DNA of 64,000 bases from an uncultured Methanosarcinales archaeon (lineage in GTDB: Archaea; Nanobdellota; Nanobdellia; Woesearchaeales; ARS49), in NCBI GenBank assembly GCA_964572035.1, contig CAZNDX010000001.1:60437-124436 (forward strand), given 5' to 3'. The stretch's first letter is position 1. Each line of letters starts with the position of its first letter. Below are positions 26,685 to 37,990 of the stretch, in pieces. The notes below the pieces were generated by a model. That model saw only the letters and a list, made by a program, of their open reading frames with translations, was not told the origin of the DNA and made no database searches. The translations under genes and the position numbers were made by a program.

Positions 26685-28502
26685 TCAAACCAACTTCTTA
26701 AGCATCTCAACAATCTTCTGACCGGGAGCTTTTCCCCTAAGCTCAGCCATCGCCTTGCCAATCAAAGCGTTAAGTTGAAGACCTTTGTTTTTGTCAACAA
26801 TCTTTTTCAAAGCGGACTTCAAATCAGCATCAGACATCTGCTTAAAATTCTGCAAAACATCGACAACAGGCTTGTTCTCTTTCAGAATATCAATAACATT
26901 TTCCTTTGAAATTTTGCCATTTGACAAAGCGTCAAACAATTCAAAATAATCATCATCATTTGGATTAATCTCCACATTGAACTCACGGCGAATCTGGGCA
27001 GCAGCGCCAACCAAAACCTCCGCAATATAAGACGGCTTAACATCCTTGAACTTCCTCACGCAATCCTCAAACAACAAAACACTCTCAGACCTGGCCACTG
27101 CGCTTGCTACATCCTTTGAAAGACCGAGCTTTTCAAATCTAACAATTTTTTTCTCAATAAGCTCAGGAACAGGAACGCTGTCCAACAATTTTTTAGTGAT
27201 TCTAACCGGAAGAACGTCAGTCTCAGGGTACATTCTCGCGGCGCCAGGCATAGGACGCATAAAAGTAGTTGTGCCGTCAGGATTCGCCCTTCGGACTTCT
27301 TTCGGAACACCCTTCAACGCAATTCCCGCGCGGAAAGCCGCTGTTTCCAACGCTTTCTCCGCTTTATGCTTTAAGTCGGCGACAAGAATAAACGCGTCAT
27401 TAGCACCGCACTTAAAATGCTCCTTCAGCATCTCAACTTCATCAGGAGTAACGCCATAATTTGGAAGCTCATCGCTATGAAATAAACCGCCAACACCTGA
27501 AGCAACCTTAGCGCGGTCAGAAAGCTCAGTGCCAAAACGCTTGTTCGGCTGGAGTTCCTTTCCAAGCAAACCAGCGAAACCAATCAAACGCATACCCAAA
27601 ACAGCGCCACCCTTCGCAAGAGTTGACGCTATAACTTTGCTCTTAGAACTCTTGAGAATATCCGAAACGTTGGAAATGTTCGTTTCAACAACCCAAATCT
27701 TTCGCTTCTTCAACTCAGACATAATCTCAAGAAGACCCTCTTGACGCTTCGCTTCAACTTCTACAAGAGTTGGGATCATAGCCAAATCCTGAGCCCCCTT
27801 GATCTCAACACGAGAACCGCCCTCAACAGAAACGTTAACGTCCTGACGAATAGTTCCAAGACCTCTCTTGCACAAACCAGTGCTTCTCAACAATAAACCA
27901 AGACGCTCAGCAACTTCCTGTACCTGCTTAGAATCGTGCAAATCGGGGCCTGTCGAGACTTCAAGCAGAGGAATGCCCAAACGATCAAGACGATACGTTT
28001 GACGCTCAGAATTGCCTTCCATATTTCTCGCGCTATCCTCTTCCACAATAATAGTAGGAATTGAAACAGCACCCTTTGAAGACTCAATACTTCCACCATA
28101 CGCAACAAGAGAAGAACGCTGAAAACCACTGGTGTTGCTTCCATCAACAACCGTTTTTCTCATCACTTGAACTTCATCAACAACCTTGGCGCCAGTAAGC
28201 TCAGCCATCATCAACGCAGCCTTCAGAGCATCTTCCCTCAAATTATTTGGAGGAGCCTCATCAAGCTCAATAAGACTTGAAGACTTAGGAGTCGCCTCGT
28301 AAATGAACAGCTTTCCTTTTTCCGCCTCACTCGCGGCAGCCGCGTCAATCTCGCCTGTTTCTCCCACGACGGCGTGCTGACGGCGCTCGGCAACAAAAGA
28401 AGGAGGAATATCCTCAATAACAGAATCCATCTCGCTAAACAACTTTTTAGTGTTCAACTGCTGGTGAATCTCAAGACCGCAAGTTATCTTCGCCATTTTC
28501 AC
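26685..28502 (-). CDS. gatE: Glu-tRNA(Gln) amidotransferase subunit E
   Basis: N-terminal KITCGLEIHQQL signature and 605-aa length. Directly downstream of gatD with 4-nt overlap. Confidence 0.9.
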   Translation of the reverse strand: MKMAKITCGLEIHQQLNTKKLFSEMDSVIEDIPPSFVAERRQHAVVGETGEIDAAAASEAEKGKLFIYEATPKSSSLIELDEAPPNNLREDALKAALMMAELTGAKVVDEVQVMRKTVVDGSNTSGFQRSSLVAYGGSIESSKGAVSIPTIIVEEDSARNMEGNSERQTYRLDRLGIPLLEVSTGPDLHDSKQVQEVAERLGLLLRSTGLCKRGLGTIRQDVNVSVEGGSRVEIKGAQDLAMIPTLVEVEAKRQEGLLEIMSELKKRKIWVVETNISNVSDILKSSKSKVIASTLAKGGAVLGMRLIGFAGLLGKELQPNKRFGTELSDRAKVASGVGGLFHSDELPNYGVTPDEVEMLKEHFKCGANDAFILVADLKHKAEKALETAAFRAGIALKGVPKEVRRANPDGTTTFMRPMPGAARMYPETDVLPVRITKKLLDSVPVPELIEKKIVRFEKLGLSKDVASAVARSESVLLFEDCVRKFKDVKPSYIAEVLVGAAAQIRREFNVEINPNDDDYFELFDALSNGKISKENVIDILKENKPVVDVLQNFKQMSDADLKSALKKIVDKNKGLQLNALIGKAMAELRGKAPGQKIVEMLKKLV

Positions 28503-29767
28503 AACAAGAAAGTCCGCGGGTCTTCAGAACTCGTAATCTCACCCGCGACATTCTGCCTCATAAAATCAACAGGATTCTTCTCCTTAAGCGCGACCATCAC
28601 CTTCGCGTAAGCGACTTCAGGAAGCATATCCTCCAAATAAACAGCGCCAAGACCAACGCTCAACTTTCTCAAATTAGTGTAAACGTAAGGATTCGCGCGC
28701 CCATAAATCGTTTGTGAGCAAATAAAGACGTGAACACCTTTCTTAATAGCCTTCTGAAGCTCAGGCTCCAAAGACTTTTTGTTATTAAGAGGAACGTGAC
28801 CAAGCGCCGTGCCGGCAATGACTATTGCCTTGACACCTTCTTTAACATGATAACCAATAATCCCTGGGTCCATATCAGGATAAGCGTAAATCAAAGCAAC
28901 ATCTGAAGACAAAGCGCGGACGGAAGTTTTTGAATGAGAACGCGGAGAACAATTTTGCACAGACTCAATCTTTCCATCAGGATAAACCTTCGCCAACGGA
29001 AAATCATTAATCGGACGGAAAGCGTCACGCCTTGTGGTGTGCATCTTTCTAACCTTAGTTCCACGAATTAAATAGCAAAAACTGTCGGAAGAAGTCGCGT
29101 GCATACAAGTCGCGACACAAGCGCCATTCCATCTCGCAGCTGCAATAACCGCGCACTGCAAATTATCAAAGGCATCAGAACTGCCACGATCAATGCTACG
29201 CTGCGCTCCCGTAATAATTACTGGCTTTGAAAGATCCTTCAACAAAAACGAAAGAGCCGCGCTCGTGAAATGCATGGTGTCAGTACCGTGAGTAATTACA
29301 ACGCCGTCAACATCAGGCAAAATTTTCGCAACAGAATTCGCCATCTTGACCCAATCTGAAGACATAGCGTCCTCGGACATCATACTCATAACAGGAACAG
29401 AGATAATATTCGCGACATCCTTAAGCTTCGGACACATAGCCACAAAATCAGAAGCGTCATAATCAGCGTAAACACCACCAGTACGATAATCAATTCTTGA
29501 AGCAATAGTGCCTCCAGTAGACAAAATAGCAACAGTAGGAAGCTTTGAATTCTTTTTCATCTCTTCCTTCTTAACTGGCTTTTCCTTAAACGATTCCAAA
29601 ATCTCCATATTTTTGATTTTTTTTGTTTCAATACCCATATTATAACCAGTTGTAAGTTTAAGAACAGTGATGTCATCCGACAAAAGCTCAGGCCTTGGCA
29701 GCAAAATACCCTCAAAAACTCCGTCAGAAGTTGTGACTTTGACCTTATCACCGGCTTTAGGTTTCAT
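28499..29767 (-). CDS. gatD: Glu-tRNA(Gln) amidotransferase subunit D (asparaginase-like)
   Basis: Asparaginase motifs ILSTGGTIAS and HGTDTM plus the N-terminal GatD-specific domain. Confidence 0.9.
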   Translation of the reverse strand: MKPKAGDKVKVTTSDGVFEGILLPRPELLSDDITVLKLTTGYNMGIETKKIKNMEILESFKEKPVKKEEMKKNSKLPTVAILSTGGTIASRIDYRTGGVYADYDASDFVAMCPKLKDVANIISVPVMSMMSEDAMSSDWVKMANSVAKILPDVDGVVITHGTDTMHFTSAALSFLLKDLSKPVIITGAQRSIDRGSSDAFDNLQCAVIAAARWNGACVATCMHATSSDSFCYLIRGTKVRKMHTTRRDAFRPINDFPLAKVYPDGKIESVQNCSPRSHSKTSVRALSSDVALIYAYPDMDPGIIGYHVKEGVKAIVIAGTALGHVPLNNKKSLEPELQKAIKKGVHVFICSQTIYGRANPYVYTNLRKLSVGLGAVYLEDMLPEVAYAKVMVALKEKNPVDFMRQNVAGEITSSEDPRTFLL

Positions 29768-29810
29768 AAAACATATTGACGAAACAGTCTTTAAAAGGAT
29801 TACTGTTTAA

Positions 29811-31340
29811 TTATTGCTTAAAAAAGTCCAAAAAGTCCTTTGTGACATAAGATATATCGACGCTGGAATAACCAATATCCTTGGCGAGTTCATCAAGAGT
29901 TTTACCAGTAGCGCCCCACTGCCACAAAGATTTCAAGAATTGACCCGCATCCTTTGACTTATACCATTCTTTTCCAAATTTCTCTTCAAGTCTTTTTCTA
30001 AGCATCGCCTCAAAAAGCCACGCGCGAACATAATCAGCGGCGTACAAACCCGAGTCAACATCTCTCAAGTAATTGTCTTTGCGATACTTAATCTTTGTCG
30101 CTTTAGTAAGAATATCCTTATACATCTCCGCGGCTGACTCATACTCGCCAGATTCAGGCTCAAACTTATCATTAAGTCTCTTCAAATCATTCCGGTGGAG
30201 CTTCAGCTCGTAAAGAACTTTAGAAGCGTAACGCCTGAAAAAGTAAAGTTTTTGCTGCATAATGAAATTCGCAAAACGCTTCGCGGCATCATCAGGCATT
30301 CCAACAAACTCTTTCAGCCAGTCAGGATTTGCGAGAAGGTATTCGCAAAGGAAAGCATAAGATTCTGAAACTGCATGGCCACCCATATGCTTTAGCTCAT
30401 AGGGAAGGTCTGGATTCACGTTAGCGAAATGCTCAGTGTGGCCGGACTCGTGCAAGAAAGCCTGGAAATCGTCCTGCCCGCCATGCGGCTTGATAACAAG
30501 AACAACTTCTTCTGGAACACGAATAGGCATACAAAAAGCTCTCGGAACTTTCTTTTCACGCTCCTCAATGTCAAGCTTGACGTTAGACTGTTTTGTAATC
30601 TCAAAACCAAGACCGCGCCAGAATTTTTCAGCGGTTGGAACAAGACGCTCTTTCTTAAAATAATCGTCAAACATTTTCGCCCGCGCGAGATAAGCAAAAT
30701 CCCAAGGATTCGCGTCAGAAAGCTTAACCTTGATGTGAGCAAACTGCTCAGCCATCTGCTTGGTGAACAATTCATCAGTATCAACCAAAAACTTTCTCAG
30801 CTGCTTCGCAAGAGAATCATAATCAGTTTCCTTTTCCAACGCGCAAAAATCAACATACTCAAGACCAGTAAGGTCCTTAATCATCCTATAATCCTTTTTC
30901 CAAAGCTTCTTGTCATAACTTGTGAGTTTCTTCTTTACCTTGTCCATTGACAAATAAAACTGCTTACGCTTCTTTCTATCATCCTCATTCATCAACAATG
31001 TAGGCACTTGGCGATAAGCGATATTTTTTCCACCTATACTGACTTCAGCCTTGGCCTCAAAAGCGTCAGCCTCATCGCTAATCTTTTTGACCTTATTGCC
31101 TACAAAAGCGCCAACCATAAAAGCGTACAAAAGACGAGCCTTGCGCTTTTCCTGAGTCCCATTCGCTAACTCGAATAACTTCTTAGCCTCAACAACATTC
31201 TTTTTAGAAAACAACTGAGGATATTTATCAAAAATAGCCGCCGAATTAATATCATCCTTCAAACCAGCGCTGTGAGCATACTCCTCGCGCATCAATTCCT
31301 CCTCAAACTTCGCAATATCAGATACAAGATGTGAGACCAT
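29811..31340 (-). CDS. zinc metallopeptidase, M3/M32-like (oligoendopeptidase F / carboxypeptidase Taq-like)
   Basis: 509 aa, largely helical, with HESGHTEHF (HExxH) at the position expected for these families. Confidence 0.55.
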   Translation of the reverse strand: MVSHLVSDIAKFEEELMREEYAHSAGLKDDINSAAIFDKYPQLFSKKNVVEAKKLFELANGTQEKRKARLLYAFMVGAFVGNKVKKISDEADAFEAKAEVSIGGKNIAYRQVPTLLMNEDDRKKRKQFYLSMDKVKKKLTSYDKKLWKKDYRMIKDLTGLEYVDFCALEKETDYDSLAKQLRKFLVDTDELFTKQMAEQFAHIKVKLSDANPWDFAYLARAKMFDDYFKKERLVPTAEKFWRGLGFEITKQSNVKLDIEEREKKVPRAFCMPIRVPEEVVLVIKPHGGQDDFQAFLHESGHTEHFANVNPDLPYELKHMGGHAVSESYAFLCEYLLANPDWLKEFVGMPDDAAKRFANFIMQQKLYFFRRYASKVLYELKLHRNDLKRLNDKFEPESGEYESAAEMYKDILTKATKIKYRKDNYLRDVDSGLYAADYVRAWLFEAMLRKRLEEKFGKEWYKSKDAGQFLKSLWQWGATGKTLDELAKDIGYSSVDISYVTKDFLDFFKQ

Positions 31341-31372
31341 AAAGCGCCAGTAGATACGATTAGTATAAAAAG

Positions 31373-31720
31373 GTGATGAACTTGCACTTTACCATGGCAA
31401 CCATAACCCAAGAAATCGAAGCAGACTGCCTAAACGTTGAGCACACAATCCAACGATTCCTAAAAGACACAACAGCAAACAACGAAGATTACGTTCTTCT
31501 CTTCGGATTCCTGGAACAGCTAAAAAAACATTTGAAGGAAATGCCCTTAAAATCGAAAACAACAATACAAGAATTCAACGAAGACCTATTGTCCCTAAAA
31601 TATTTGCACCAAAAAGAAGGAGAACTCTCGCTCATAAACAGACAATTCAGAAACATACTTGTAAAAATGCTTTCATACGTAAATATATTCAAAAGAGACA
31701 TCGCACTTGAGAGAAAATGA
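31373..31720 (+). CDS. hypothetical small helical protein
   Basis: 115 aa. 4-nt overlap with the next ORF. Confidence 0.35.
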   Translation: MMNLHFTMATITQEIEADCLNVEHTIQRFLKDTTANNEDYVLLFGFLEQLKKHLKEMPLKSKTTIQEFNEDLLSLKYLHQKEGELSLINRQFRNILVKMLSYVNIFKRDIALERK

Positions 31721-32163
31721 CACAATTCACACCAGAACTCGCCAAAAAAATGCTTGAAAGAATACTCACAAACAGCACGCCAGACATAAATCTACAAACA
31801 GTTGAAAGAATTGAAGCAGACATATACACACTCGAACACCTTGAACCGCCAAAAACTGAAAACAAACTATACAACACCACAATAATGACAGCGAAGAACT
31901 TGAGAATTCTTCTAAACATAATCATTGAAAACAGAAAACAATTCACGACCGCCATAAAAAGAATAGAAAAATCCACACCGCCACCAAAAGTCAGAACAAA
32001 AGAAGAGATTAAAGACGCGACTCAGGCACTAGACGTTTACGAAAAAGAAATCTTTGAACACGATAAGTTCGTCAAAACCGCCACAAAACCATACGAAAAA
32101 TCATACCATGCGCTTCTCGATATGTTCAGAAAAGAAATTTTTAATCTGGTGAAAAAATTATAA
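31717..32163 (+). CDS. hypothetical small helical protein
   Basis: 148 aa, co-directional and coupled with 31373. Confidence 0.35.
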   Translation: MTQFTPELAKKMLERILTNSTPDINLQTVERIEADIYTLEHLEPPKTENKLYNTTIMTAKNLRILLNIIIENRKQFTTAIKRIEKSTPPPKVRTKEEIKDATQALDVYEKEIFEHDKFVKTATKPYEKSYHALLDMFRKEIFNLVKKL

Positions 32164-32170
32164 AACTAAA

Positions 32171-34426
32171 TTAGCCGAAATAAATCGGCAACTCCTGCTT
32201 CATTTCCTTCGCGCGGGCGGAACGGAACCTCTCGCGCAAGTCCTCATACATCTTCTCAACATCCTTTGTAACAGATGGAGGGACTTTCTTCAAAGCTTCC
32301 TCAAAATCTTTCATCGTAACTTCTTTCGCACTCATATTAGCGCGCAAAGCAAGAATCGCAGCTTCCCTGCAAACAGCCTCGATGTCAGCGCCAACGTAAC
32401 CGTCAGTCTTGTGCGCCAAATCATCCAAATCAACATCCTGAAGAGGCATACTCTTGGAATGGACCTTGAACGCCTCCAAACGACCCTGGAAATCAGGAAC
32501 AGGACACAAAATAATCCTGTCAAAACGCCCCGGACGCAAAAGGGCAGTGTCCATAATATCCGGACGGTTAGTCGCGCCAATAACAACAATATCGTGCATG
32601 CCTTCCAAACCATCAATCTCGGTCAAAAGCTGGTTAACAACACGCTCGGTAACATTTGAGTCGCTACTCATCCCTCTTCTTGGGGCAATGCTGTCAACCT
32701 CATCAAAGAAAATAATTGTTGGGGATGTCTGGCGGGCCTTCTTGAAAACTTCCCTAACCGCTTTTTCAGACTCGCCAACCCACTTGCTGAGCAACTCAGG
32801 ACCTTTAACGCTAATGAAGTTCGCCTCGCTCTCGTTCGCGACAGCCTTGGCAAGCAAAGTTTTACCGGTGCCAGGAGGACCATACAACAAAATACCCTTC
32901 GGAGGCTTAACACCCAAACGACGGAAAGCGTCAGGACGCTTCAAGGGCCACTCAACAGCCTCCTTCAACTCCTGCTTGACAATTTCCAAACCACCAATAT
33001 CAGCCCACTTAACAGTCGGAACCTCAACAAGCACCTCTCTCAATGCAGAAGGTCGTACAACTTTCAAGGCTTCCTTGAAATCCTTCTTCCTAATCATCAA
33101 CTTCTCAAGCAACTCCTTTGGAAGAGGCTCATCCTTATCCTTATTCGCCTTGAGCTCAGGCAAAATCCTTCTCAAAACAATCATCGCGGCTTCCTTCGCC
33201 AACGCGGCAATATCCGCGCCAACAAAACCGTGAGTCACAGCGGCAATTTCTTTCAAATTGACATCCTTGTCAAGCGGCATATGACGAGTGTGAATTTTAA
33301 GCACGTTAAGGCGGCCTTCCTTATTTGGAACACCGATTTCCAACTCCCTATCGAAACGGCCCGGACGGCGAAGGGCAGGATCCAAAATGTTTGGCACGTT
33401 AGTCGCGGCAATAACAACAACCTTGCCACGGCTTTTTAGACCGTCCATCAAAGTCAACAATTGGGCGACAACACGACGCTCAACCTCGCCACGGGTTTCC
33501 TCACGCTTGGAAGCAATGGCGTCAACCTCATCAATAAAAATAATACTTGGAGCGTTCTTCTCCGCTTCCTCAAACTTCTTTCTGAGATTTTCTTCCGACT
33601 GACCGTAATATTTGGACATAATCTCAGGACCATTGATAAGGATGAAATGAGCATTAGTTTCGTTCGCGACAGCTTTCGCAAGAAGAGTTTTACCAGTGCC
33701 CGGAGGACCGTGGAGGAGAACACCTTTAGGCGCGTCAACACCCAAACGCTCAAAAACTTCCGGATGCTTAAGCGGAATCTCAATCATCTCACGAACCTTG
33801 GTAATCTCATCCTCCAAACCACCAATATCCTCGTAAGTAACCTCAGGAACTTCCTCGTCGCTAACTTCAATAGCTTCAGGATTCAGAACAACCTCGGTCT
33901 GCTCGGTAATTATGACGGCGCTCTTCGGATTTGTTTCGGCAACGACAAACTTCAAATCACCAAAACCAACCGCCATCATCTGCTCTTCCATCATATTGAA
34001 AACTTCATCAAAACTTCTGCGACGCCTTGGACCACCCAAAGAAATGATATCACCCTTAACCATTGCGCGACCCATCAAGCCCTGCTTGAAAATAACAGGA
34101 GACGCGCGAACAACAATTCCCTCTCTAGCCGGAGCAATAACAACTTTTTTCGCAGGCTGAACCTTCGCCTTTGTAACAGCAATAAGCTCGCCAATAGAAG
34201 TCTTGCAATTCTTTCTGGTCAGACCGTCCATTCTGACAATATTCAAACCAATATCGCCGGGATAAGCGCGGTCAACAATAGCAACGGTTTTTCTCTGGCC
34301 CTCAATCTCAACAATATCCCCAGGTCTGACATCTATCTCACGCATAAAACTGCTATCCATTCTAACAATACCCTTATGGACGTCGTCCTGAATAGCTTCC
34401 GCGACCTTTAACTTAACATCCGCCAT
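32171..34426 (-). CDS. cdc48: CDC48/VCP-like AAA+ ATPase (N domain plus D1 and D2)
   Basis: Two Walker A GPPGTGKT motifs, two DExD Walker B motifs, an SRH, and a CDC48 N-terminal double-psi barrel sequence. Confidence 0.9.
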   Translation of the reverse strand: MADVKLKVAEAIQDDVHKGIVRMDSSFMREIDVRPGDIVEIEGQRKTVAIVDRAYPGDIGLNIVRMDGLTRKNCKTSIGELIAVTKAKVQPAKKVVIAPAREGIVVRASPVIFKQGLMGRAMVKGDIISLGGPRRRRSFDEVFNMMEEQMMAVGFGDLKFVVAETNPKSAVIITEQTEVVLNPEAIEVSDEEVPEVTYEDIGGLEDEITKVREMIEIPLKHPEVFERLGVDAPKGVLLHGPPGTGKTLLAKAVANETNAHFILINGPEIMSKYYGQSEENLRKKFEEAEKNAPSIIFIDEVDAIASKREETRGEVERRVVAQLLTLMDGLKSRGKVVVIAATNVPNILDPALRRPGRFDRELEIGVPNKEGRLNVLKIHTRHMPLDKDVNLKEIAAVTHGFVGADIAALAKEAAMIVLRRILPELKANKDKDEPLPKELLEKLMIRKKDFKEALKVVRPSALREVLVEVPTVKWADIGGLEIVKQELKEAVEWPLKRPDAFRRLGVKPPKGILLYGPPGTGKTLLAKAVANESEANFISVKGPELLSKWVGESEKAVREVFKKARQTSPTIIFFDEVDSIAPRRGMSSDSNVTERVVNQLLTEIDGLEGMHDIVVIGATNRPDIMDTALLRPGRFDRIILCPVPDFQGRLEAFKVHSKSMPLQDVDLDDLAHKTDGYVGADIEAVCREAAILALRANMSAKEVTMKDFEEALKKVPPSVTKDVEKMYEDLRERFRSARAKEMKQELPIYFG

Positions 34427-34481
34427 AAACCACTCTCTAATAGATACTACATTATTTAAAAAACTTATGAAAGCCCAACAA

Positions 34482-34889
34482 CTACTTCATATTGACTTTT
34501 GGAAGAGGAATTGGAGGAGGCAAGTTAACCTCGCGTGAAAGAACCATAGCTTCCACGTTGGACCTCGCAAGAATGGTGTTAAGAACACTAGTCATAACTT
34601 CTTTTGGAACATTCTTGTCCTTTTTCCAAGACTTCACAATATCCGCCGATTTCTCAGGCGTCTCAAAGAAAGTAAGCGTGCCATTCAAAATCATAGTCGC
34701 GATTTTTGGCTCATAATTCGCGGTAAACTCAAAACGGAACTTAAGCGCGCTTTGCTTGCTCGCGCCAATCGCGACATCCGCTTTCTCAACATCCTGAATC
34801 GCGACATTATTGTTAACAGTAACTTTACCCTTTACAGGAGAATGCTTCTCCACAACAATCTTATCAAACTGCAATCCAACAACTGGCAT
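34482..34889 (-). CDS. hypothetical protein
   Basis: 135-aa ORF with correct strand composition. Confidence 0.35.
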   Translation of the reverse strand: MPVVGLQFDKIVVEKHSPVKGKVTVNNNVAIQDVEKADVAIGASKQSALKFRFEFTANYEPKIATMILNGTLTFFETPEKSADIVKSWKKDKNVPKEVMTSVLNTILARSNVEAMVLSREVNLPPPIPLPKVNMK

Positions 34890-34958
34890 ACCCTTGGAAA
34901 ACCCACAACCCTTTTAAATAGTTATCGCTTCTCGAATAAATAATAAAAGAGGCAATAA

Positions 34959-35921
34959 ATGGCGTTTTTCGAGATATTTACACACCCAATCGTGTTCAGC
35001 TTGTTCATACTAATCGCCAGCCTTTACATCCTTCTCAAAAGCGCAGACTACATAGTTCTAAGCATAGGAAGCTACGCGAAAAGACTGGGACTATCGGACG
35101 CAATAATTGGAATTGTCGTAATCGCCATGGCCGCATCAGCGCCGGAAATCATCAGCTCACTCACTGGATTTTTATCAAGCGGGGAGTCAGTAGGGTTCGG
35201 AAGCATCCTTGGAGCAAATATGGTACACGTCGGCTTCGCCCTAGGAATACTCTGCCTAGTTGGACGAAAAGTCAAACTTGAACCAAACATCTTCACCAAA
35301 AGACGACTACTAATGTGGGCGTTCCTAATGCTGCCGTTTATTCTGGCTCTCGATGGACAACTGTCGAGACCAGACGGAGCGATACTCGTCATCGCGTTCT
35401 GCACATACTTCGGAATATTATGGAAACTAGAAGGAACACTTGGAAAAATCAAGAAAAACGTCCACCTAAAACACATCTGGAAAGACGCACTCGTATTTCT
35501 TCTCGCATTTGTAGCCTTGATGCTATCAGGAAGATGGCTAGTATTCTCATCAGTCACAATCGCGAACGAACTAAACGTTCCAGCATACTTCGTCGCGTTA
35601 ACAATCATCGGAATCGGAACAACAATACCAGACATCGCAATAGAACTAAAATCAGTTTTTTCCAAAAGGGAAGGAATTGGACTTGGAGACTTACTCGGGT
35701 CGCTAGTCATTGAACTCTTGTTGTTTTTTGGAATATTGGCGCTAGTAAAACCAATAGACGTGAACTTAGGACTTGTGCTAAACGCGTTCATATTCCTTGT
35801 ATTGCTAATCAGCGCGATGATATTCTTCCTCAACAAAAAAGAACTCACTTGGAAACATGGCGCGTTCTTCATGGGCGGATACTTGCTGTTCCTTCTCATA
35901 GAAATTTACAAAATCATATAA
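34959..35921 (+). CDS. Ca2+/Na+ antiporter (CaCA family, YrbG-like)
   Basis: Two alpha-repeat signatures (GIVVIAMAASAPEIISS and TIIGIGTTIPDIAIEL) and about 10 TM segments. Confidence 0.8.
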   Translation: MAFFEIFTHPIVFSLFILIASLYILLKSADYIVLSIGSYAKRLGLSDAIIGIVVIAMAASAPEIISSLTGFLSSGESVGFGSILGANMVHVGFALGILCLVGRKVKLEPNIFTKRRLLMWAFLMLPFILALDGQLSRPDGAILVIAFCTYFGILWKLEGTLGKIKKNVHLKHIWKDALVFLLAFVALMLSGRWLVFSSVTIANELNVPAYFVALTIIGIGTTIPDIAIELKSVFSKREGIGLGDLLGSLVIELLLFFGILALVKPIDVNLGLVLNAFIFLVLLISAMIFFLNKKELTWKHGAFFMGGYLLFLLIEIYKII

Positions 35922-35944
35922 ACCACAACAAATGAAACAACAAT

Positions 35945-36739
35945 ATGATACTGTTTGACGACCATTGCCACTTAACGCACGAATTATACAAACAAGACTT
36001 AGACGCCGTGCTTGAGAGAGCGCGCAAGGCAGGAGTTAAAGCAATAATTTGCGCAGGAGTAAACGTCCCAACGAACAGAGAAGTCTTGGCGCTCGCGAAA
36101 AAATACGCACCATTAGTTCGATGCAGTCTTGGAATATATCCAACAGACGCAATAGGACTCGGAAGCGACGAAACAGGACTCAGCAGACAGACGGTTCCAT
36201 TCAACGTTGACGACGAACTGGAATTCATACGCTCACAAAAAGACCACATCGCAGCAGTCGGAGAAGCGGGATTAGACTACCACTGGACCAAAAAACCAGA
36301 ACACATCAAGGCGCAAAAAGAAAACTTCGCCAAGGTGATTAAGTTGTGCGAGGAGATTGGAAAACCACTAGTAGTTCACACGCGCGACGCGGAAGCGGAC
36401 TGCATAGAAATGCTCGCGAGCAGCAGTCTGAAGAAAGTCGTTCTGCACTGCTTCACCGGACGCAAAAACATCGTTAAAAGAGCGGCAGAATTAGGATACT
36501 ACTTTTCAATACCCGCAGTCATTGAAAAACTGCAACACTTCAAAATGGTCGCTGAAATGGTAAACATCAACCAATTATTGTCTGAAACAGACGGACCATG
36601 GCTGTCTCCAGTTCCAGGAAAACCAAACGAGCCGGCGAACGTCATTTATACAGTTCGCAATATAGCAAAAGTCAAAGGATTCACGGAAGAAGAAACCGCG
36701 AACAATTTGTGGCTTAACTATCAAAGGGTGTTTGGCTAA
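35945..36739 (+). CDS. tatD: TatD-family metal-dependent nuclease
   Basis: LFDDHCHL start. Motifs GEAGLDYH, VVHTRDA and the C-terminal ETDGP are typical of TatD. Confidence 0.85.
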   Translation: MILFDDHCHLTHELYKQDLDAVLERARKAGVKAIICAGVNVPTNREVLALAKKYAPLVRCSLGIYPTDAIGLGSDETGLSRQTVPFNVDDELEFIRSQKDHIAAVGEAGLDYHWTKKPEHIKAQKENFAKVIKLCEEIGKPLVVHTRDAEADCIEMLASSSLKKVVLHCFTGRKNIVKRAAELGYYFSIPAVIEKLQHFKMVAEMVNINQLLSETDGPWLSPVPGKPNEPANVIYTVRNIAKVKGFTEEETANNLWLNYQRVFG

Positions 36740-37260
36740 AGAGACAAAATATTTTCAAGCGACTCGACTTTTTTCAACAGCGCATTCTTTTTTTCGCCGT
36801 CCAAAACAAGAATCTTATCTTTCGCATCAGAGACTGCCTTTCTAACCAAATCGTACTCATGAGCAAACAAATACATATTCGCCTGACTAAGATACGCAGC
36901 CGCACTCTCCTCTGGCTTGGTAGTCGACGCCCACAGTCCAAAATGCGCAGCAATATCCAGCGCAACACGCTCCTCCCACCACTCTCCCTTGTCAAAATCC
37001 CTCTCCAAAAGAATAAGGCCAATATAACGATTCGCCTCACAAGCAGCATCTATTGAGCGATAAGATGAAGACAAAAAGTTCTCCTGCAAAGAAGCGTTAA
37101 AAAAATGCAAAGCCAAATTATAATCCCTGCTATTATACGCCCTCTTCGCGGAATCCAAAAAAGAGGCATACAACGGAATATCAGCAGCGCGGGGTTTGGG
37201 CTTTCCAAAAAACAAATTTCTCAAAAAAACATACGCCTTGTCAAAAAAAGATTCATTCAT
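36736..37260 (-). CDS. hypothetical helical (TPR-like) protein
   Basis: 174-aa ORF overlapping the tatD stop by 4 nt. Confidence 0.35.
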   Translation of the reverse strand: MNESFFDKAYVFLRNLFFGKPKPRAADIPLYASFLDSAKRAYNSRDYNLALHFFNASLQENFLSSSYRSIDAACEANRYIGLILLERDFDKGEWWEERVALDIAAHFGLWASTTKPEESAAAYLSQANMYLFAHEYDLVRKAVSDAKDKILVLDGEKKNALLKKVESLENILSL

Positions 37261-37294
37261 AAGATTTCACAGACGCAACACAAACATAAAAAGA

Positions 37295-37990
37295 TTACTG
37301 ATAACCCCATTCATACTTGAAAACTTCCCTTTTAATAGGACCTTTCAACAAAGTAATCGCGACTCCGTACAAACTCTTTGACAAAAATTTAACTCTGCCC
37401 TCTTTTTCCAGACGGCGAACAGAGACAAAAACCGGGGAGGGAAGAACATCAAAACGAGCGCCATAAGAACAAACACGAGAAACAAACTCAGCATCCTCCG
37501 CCCAAACAACACTCTCATCAAAACCCTTTGAAGCGTTAAACAAACCCTTTCTAACAAAAATATGAAAGCCGCAACACGCAGGCTTCACATTCTTAATAAC
37601 TTTGTAACCGGCGTTCCAAGCAGCGTGAATAACCCTATCATCAAAACGAGAACTTAACGGACGAAGCGTGGTTGTGGCTATATCAAGGTCGCGTTTCTTG
37701 AATAAGGAAACATTCTTTTCCAGAAAATCACTCGGCAAAATAACATCAGAATCCAAAAACAAAAGCAAATCACCCTTCGCCACTTTGGCACCTCTGTTTC
37801 TGCCAACACCAGGAAGACCACCATCAACAACCTTCGCCCCAAACTTTTTCGCAATTAAACGAGTTTTGTCAGAACTATTCGCGTCAGCGACTATGACCTC
37901 AAAATCCTGAAAAGACTGGCGCCTCAAACTGCGAAGAAGATTAGGAAGAAACTTCTCCTCATTCTTCGCAGGAATAATAACTGAAAGCAT
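37295..37990 (-). CDS. family-2 glycosyltransferase (Dpm1/GtrB-like, soluble form)
   Basis: LSVIIPAKNEE...VIVADANSSDKT...LFLDSDV (DxD) GT-A motifs. 231 aa. Confidence 0.8.
   Translation of the reverse strand: MLSVIIPAKNEEKFLPNLLRSLRRQSFQDFEVIVADANSSDKTRLIAKKFGAKVVDGGLPGVGRNRGAKVAKGDLLLFLDSDVILPSDFLEKNVSLFKKRDLDIATTTLRPLSSRFDDRVIHAAWNAGYKVIKNVKPACCGFHIFVRKGLFNASKGFDESVVWAEDAEFVSRVCSYGARFDVLPSPVFVSVRRLEKEGRVKFLSKSLYGVAITLLKGPIKREVFKYEWGYQ

Noticed and set aside
32454-34411. Plus-strand ORFs of 259 and 316 aa inside the CDC48 gene
   Set aside because: They are shadow ORFs opposite a very confidently identified AAA+ ATPase, with low-complexity N, S and L-rich translations.
35072-35899. 275-aa minus-strand ORF
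   Set aside because: It is antisense to the CaCA antiporter gene, which has clear alpha-repeat motifs.
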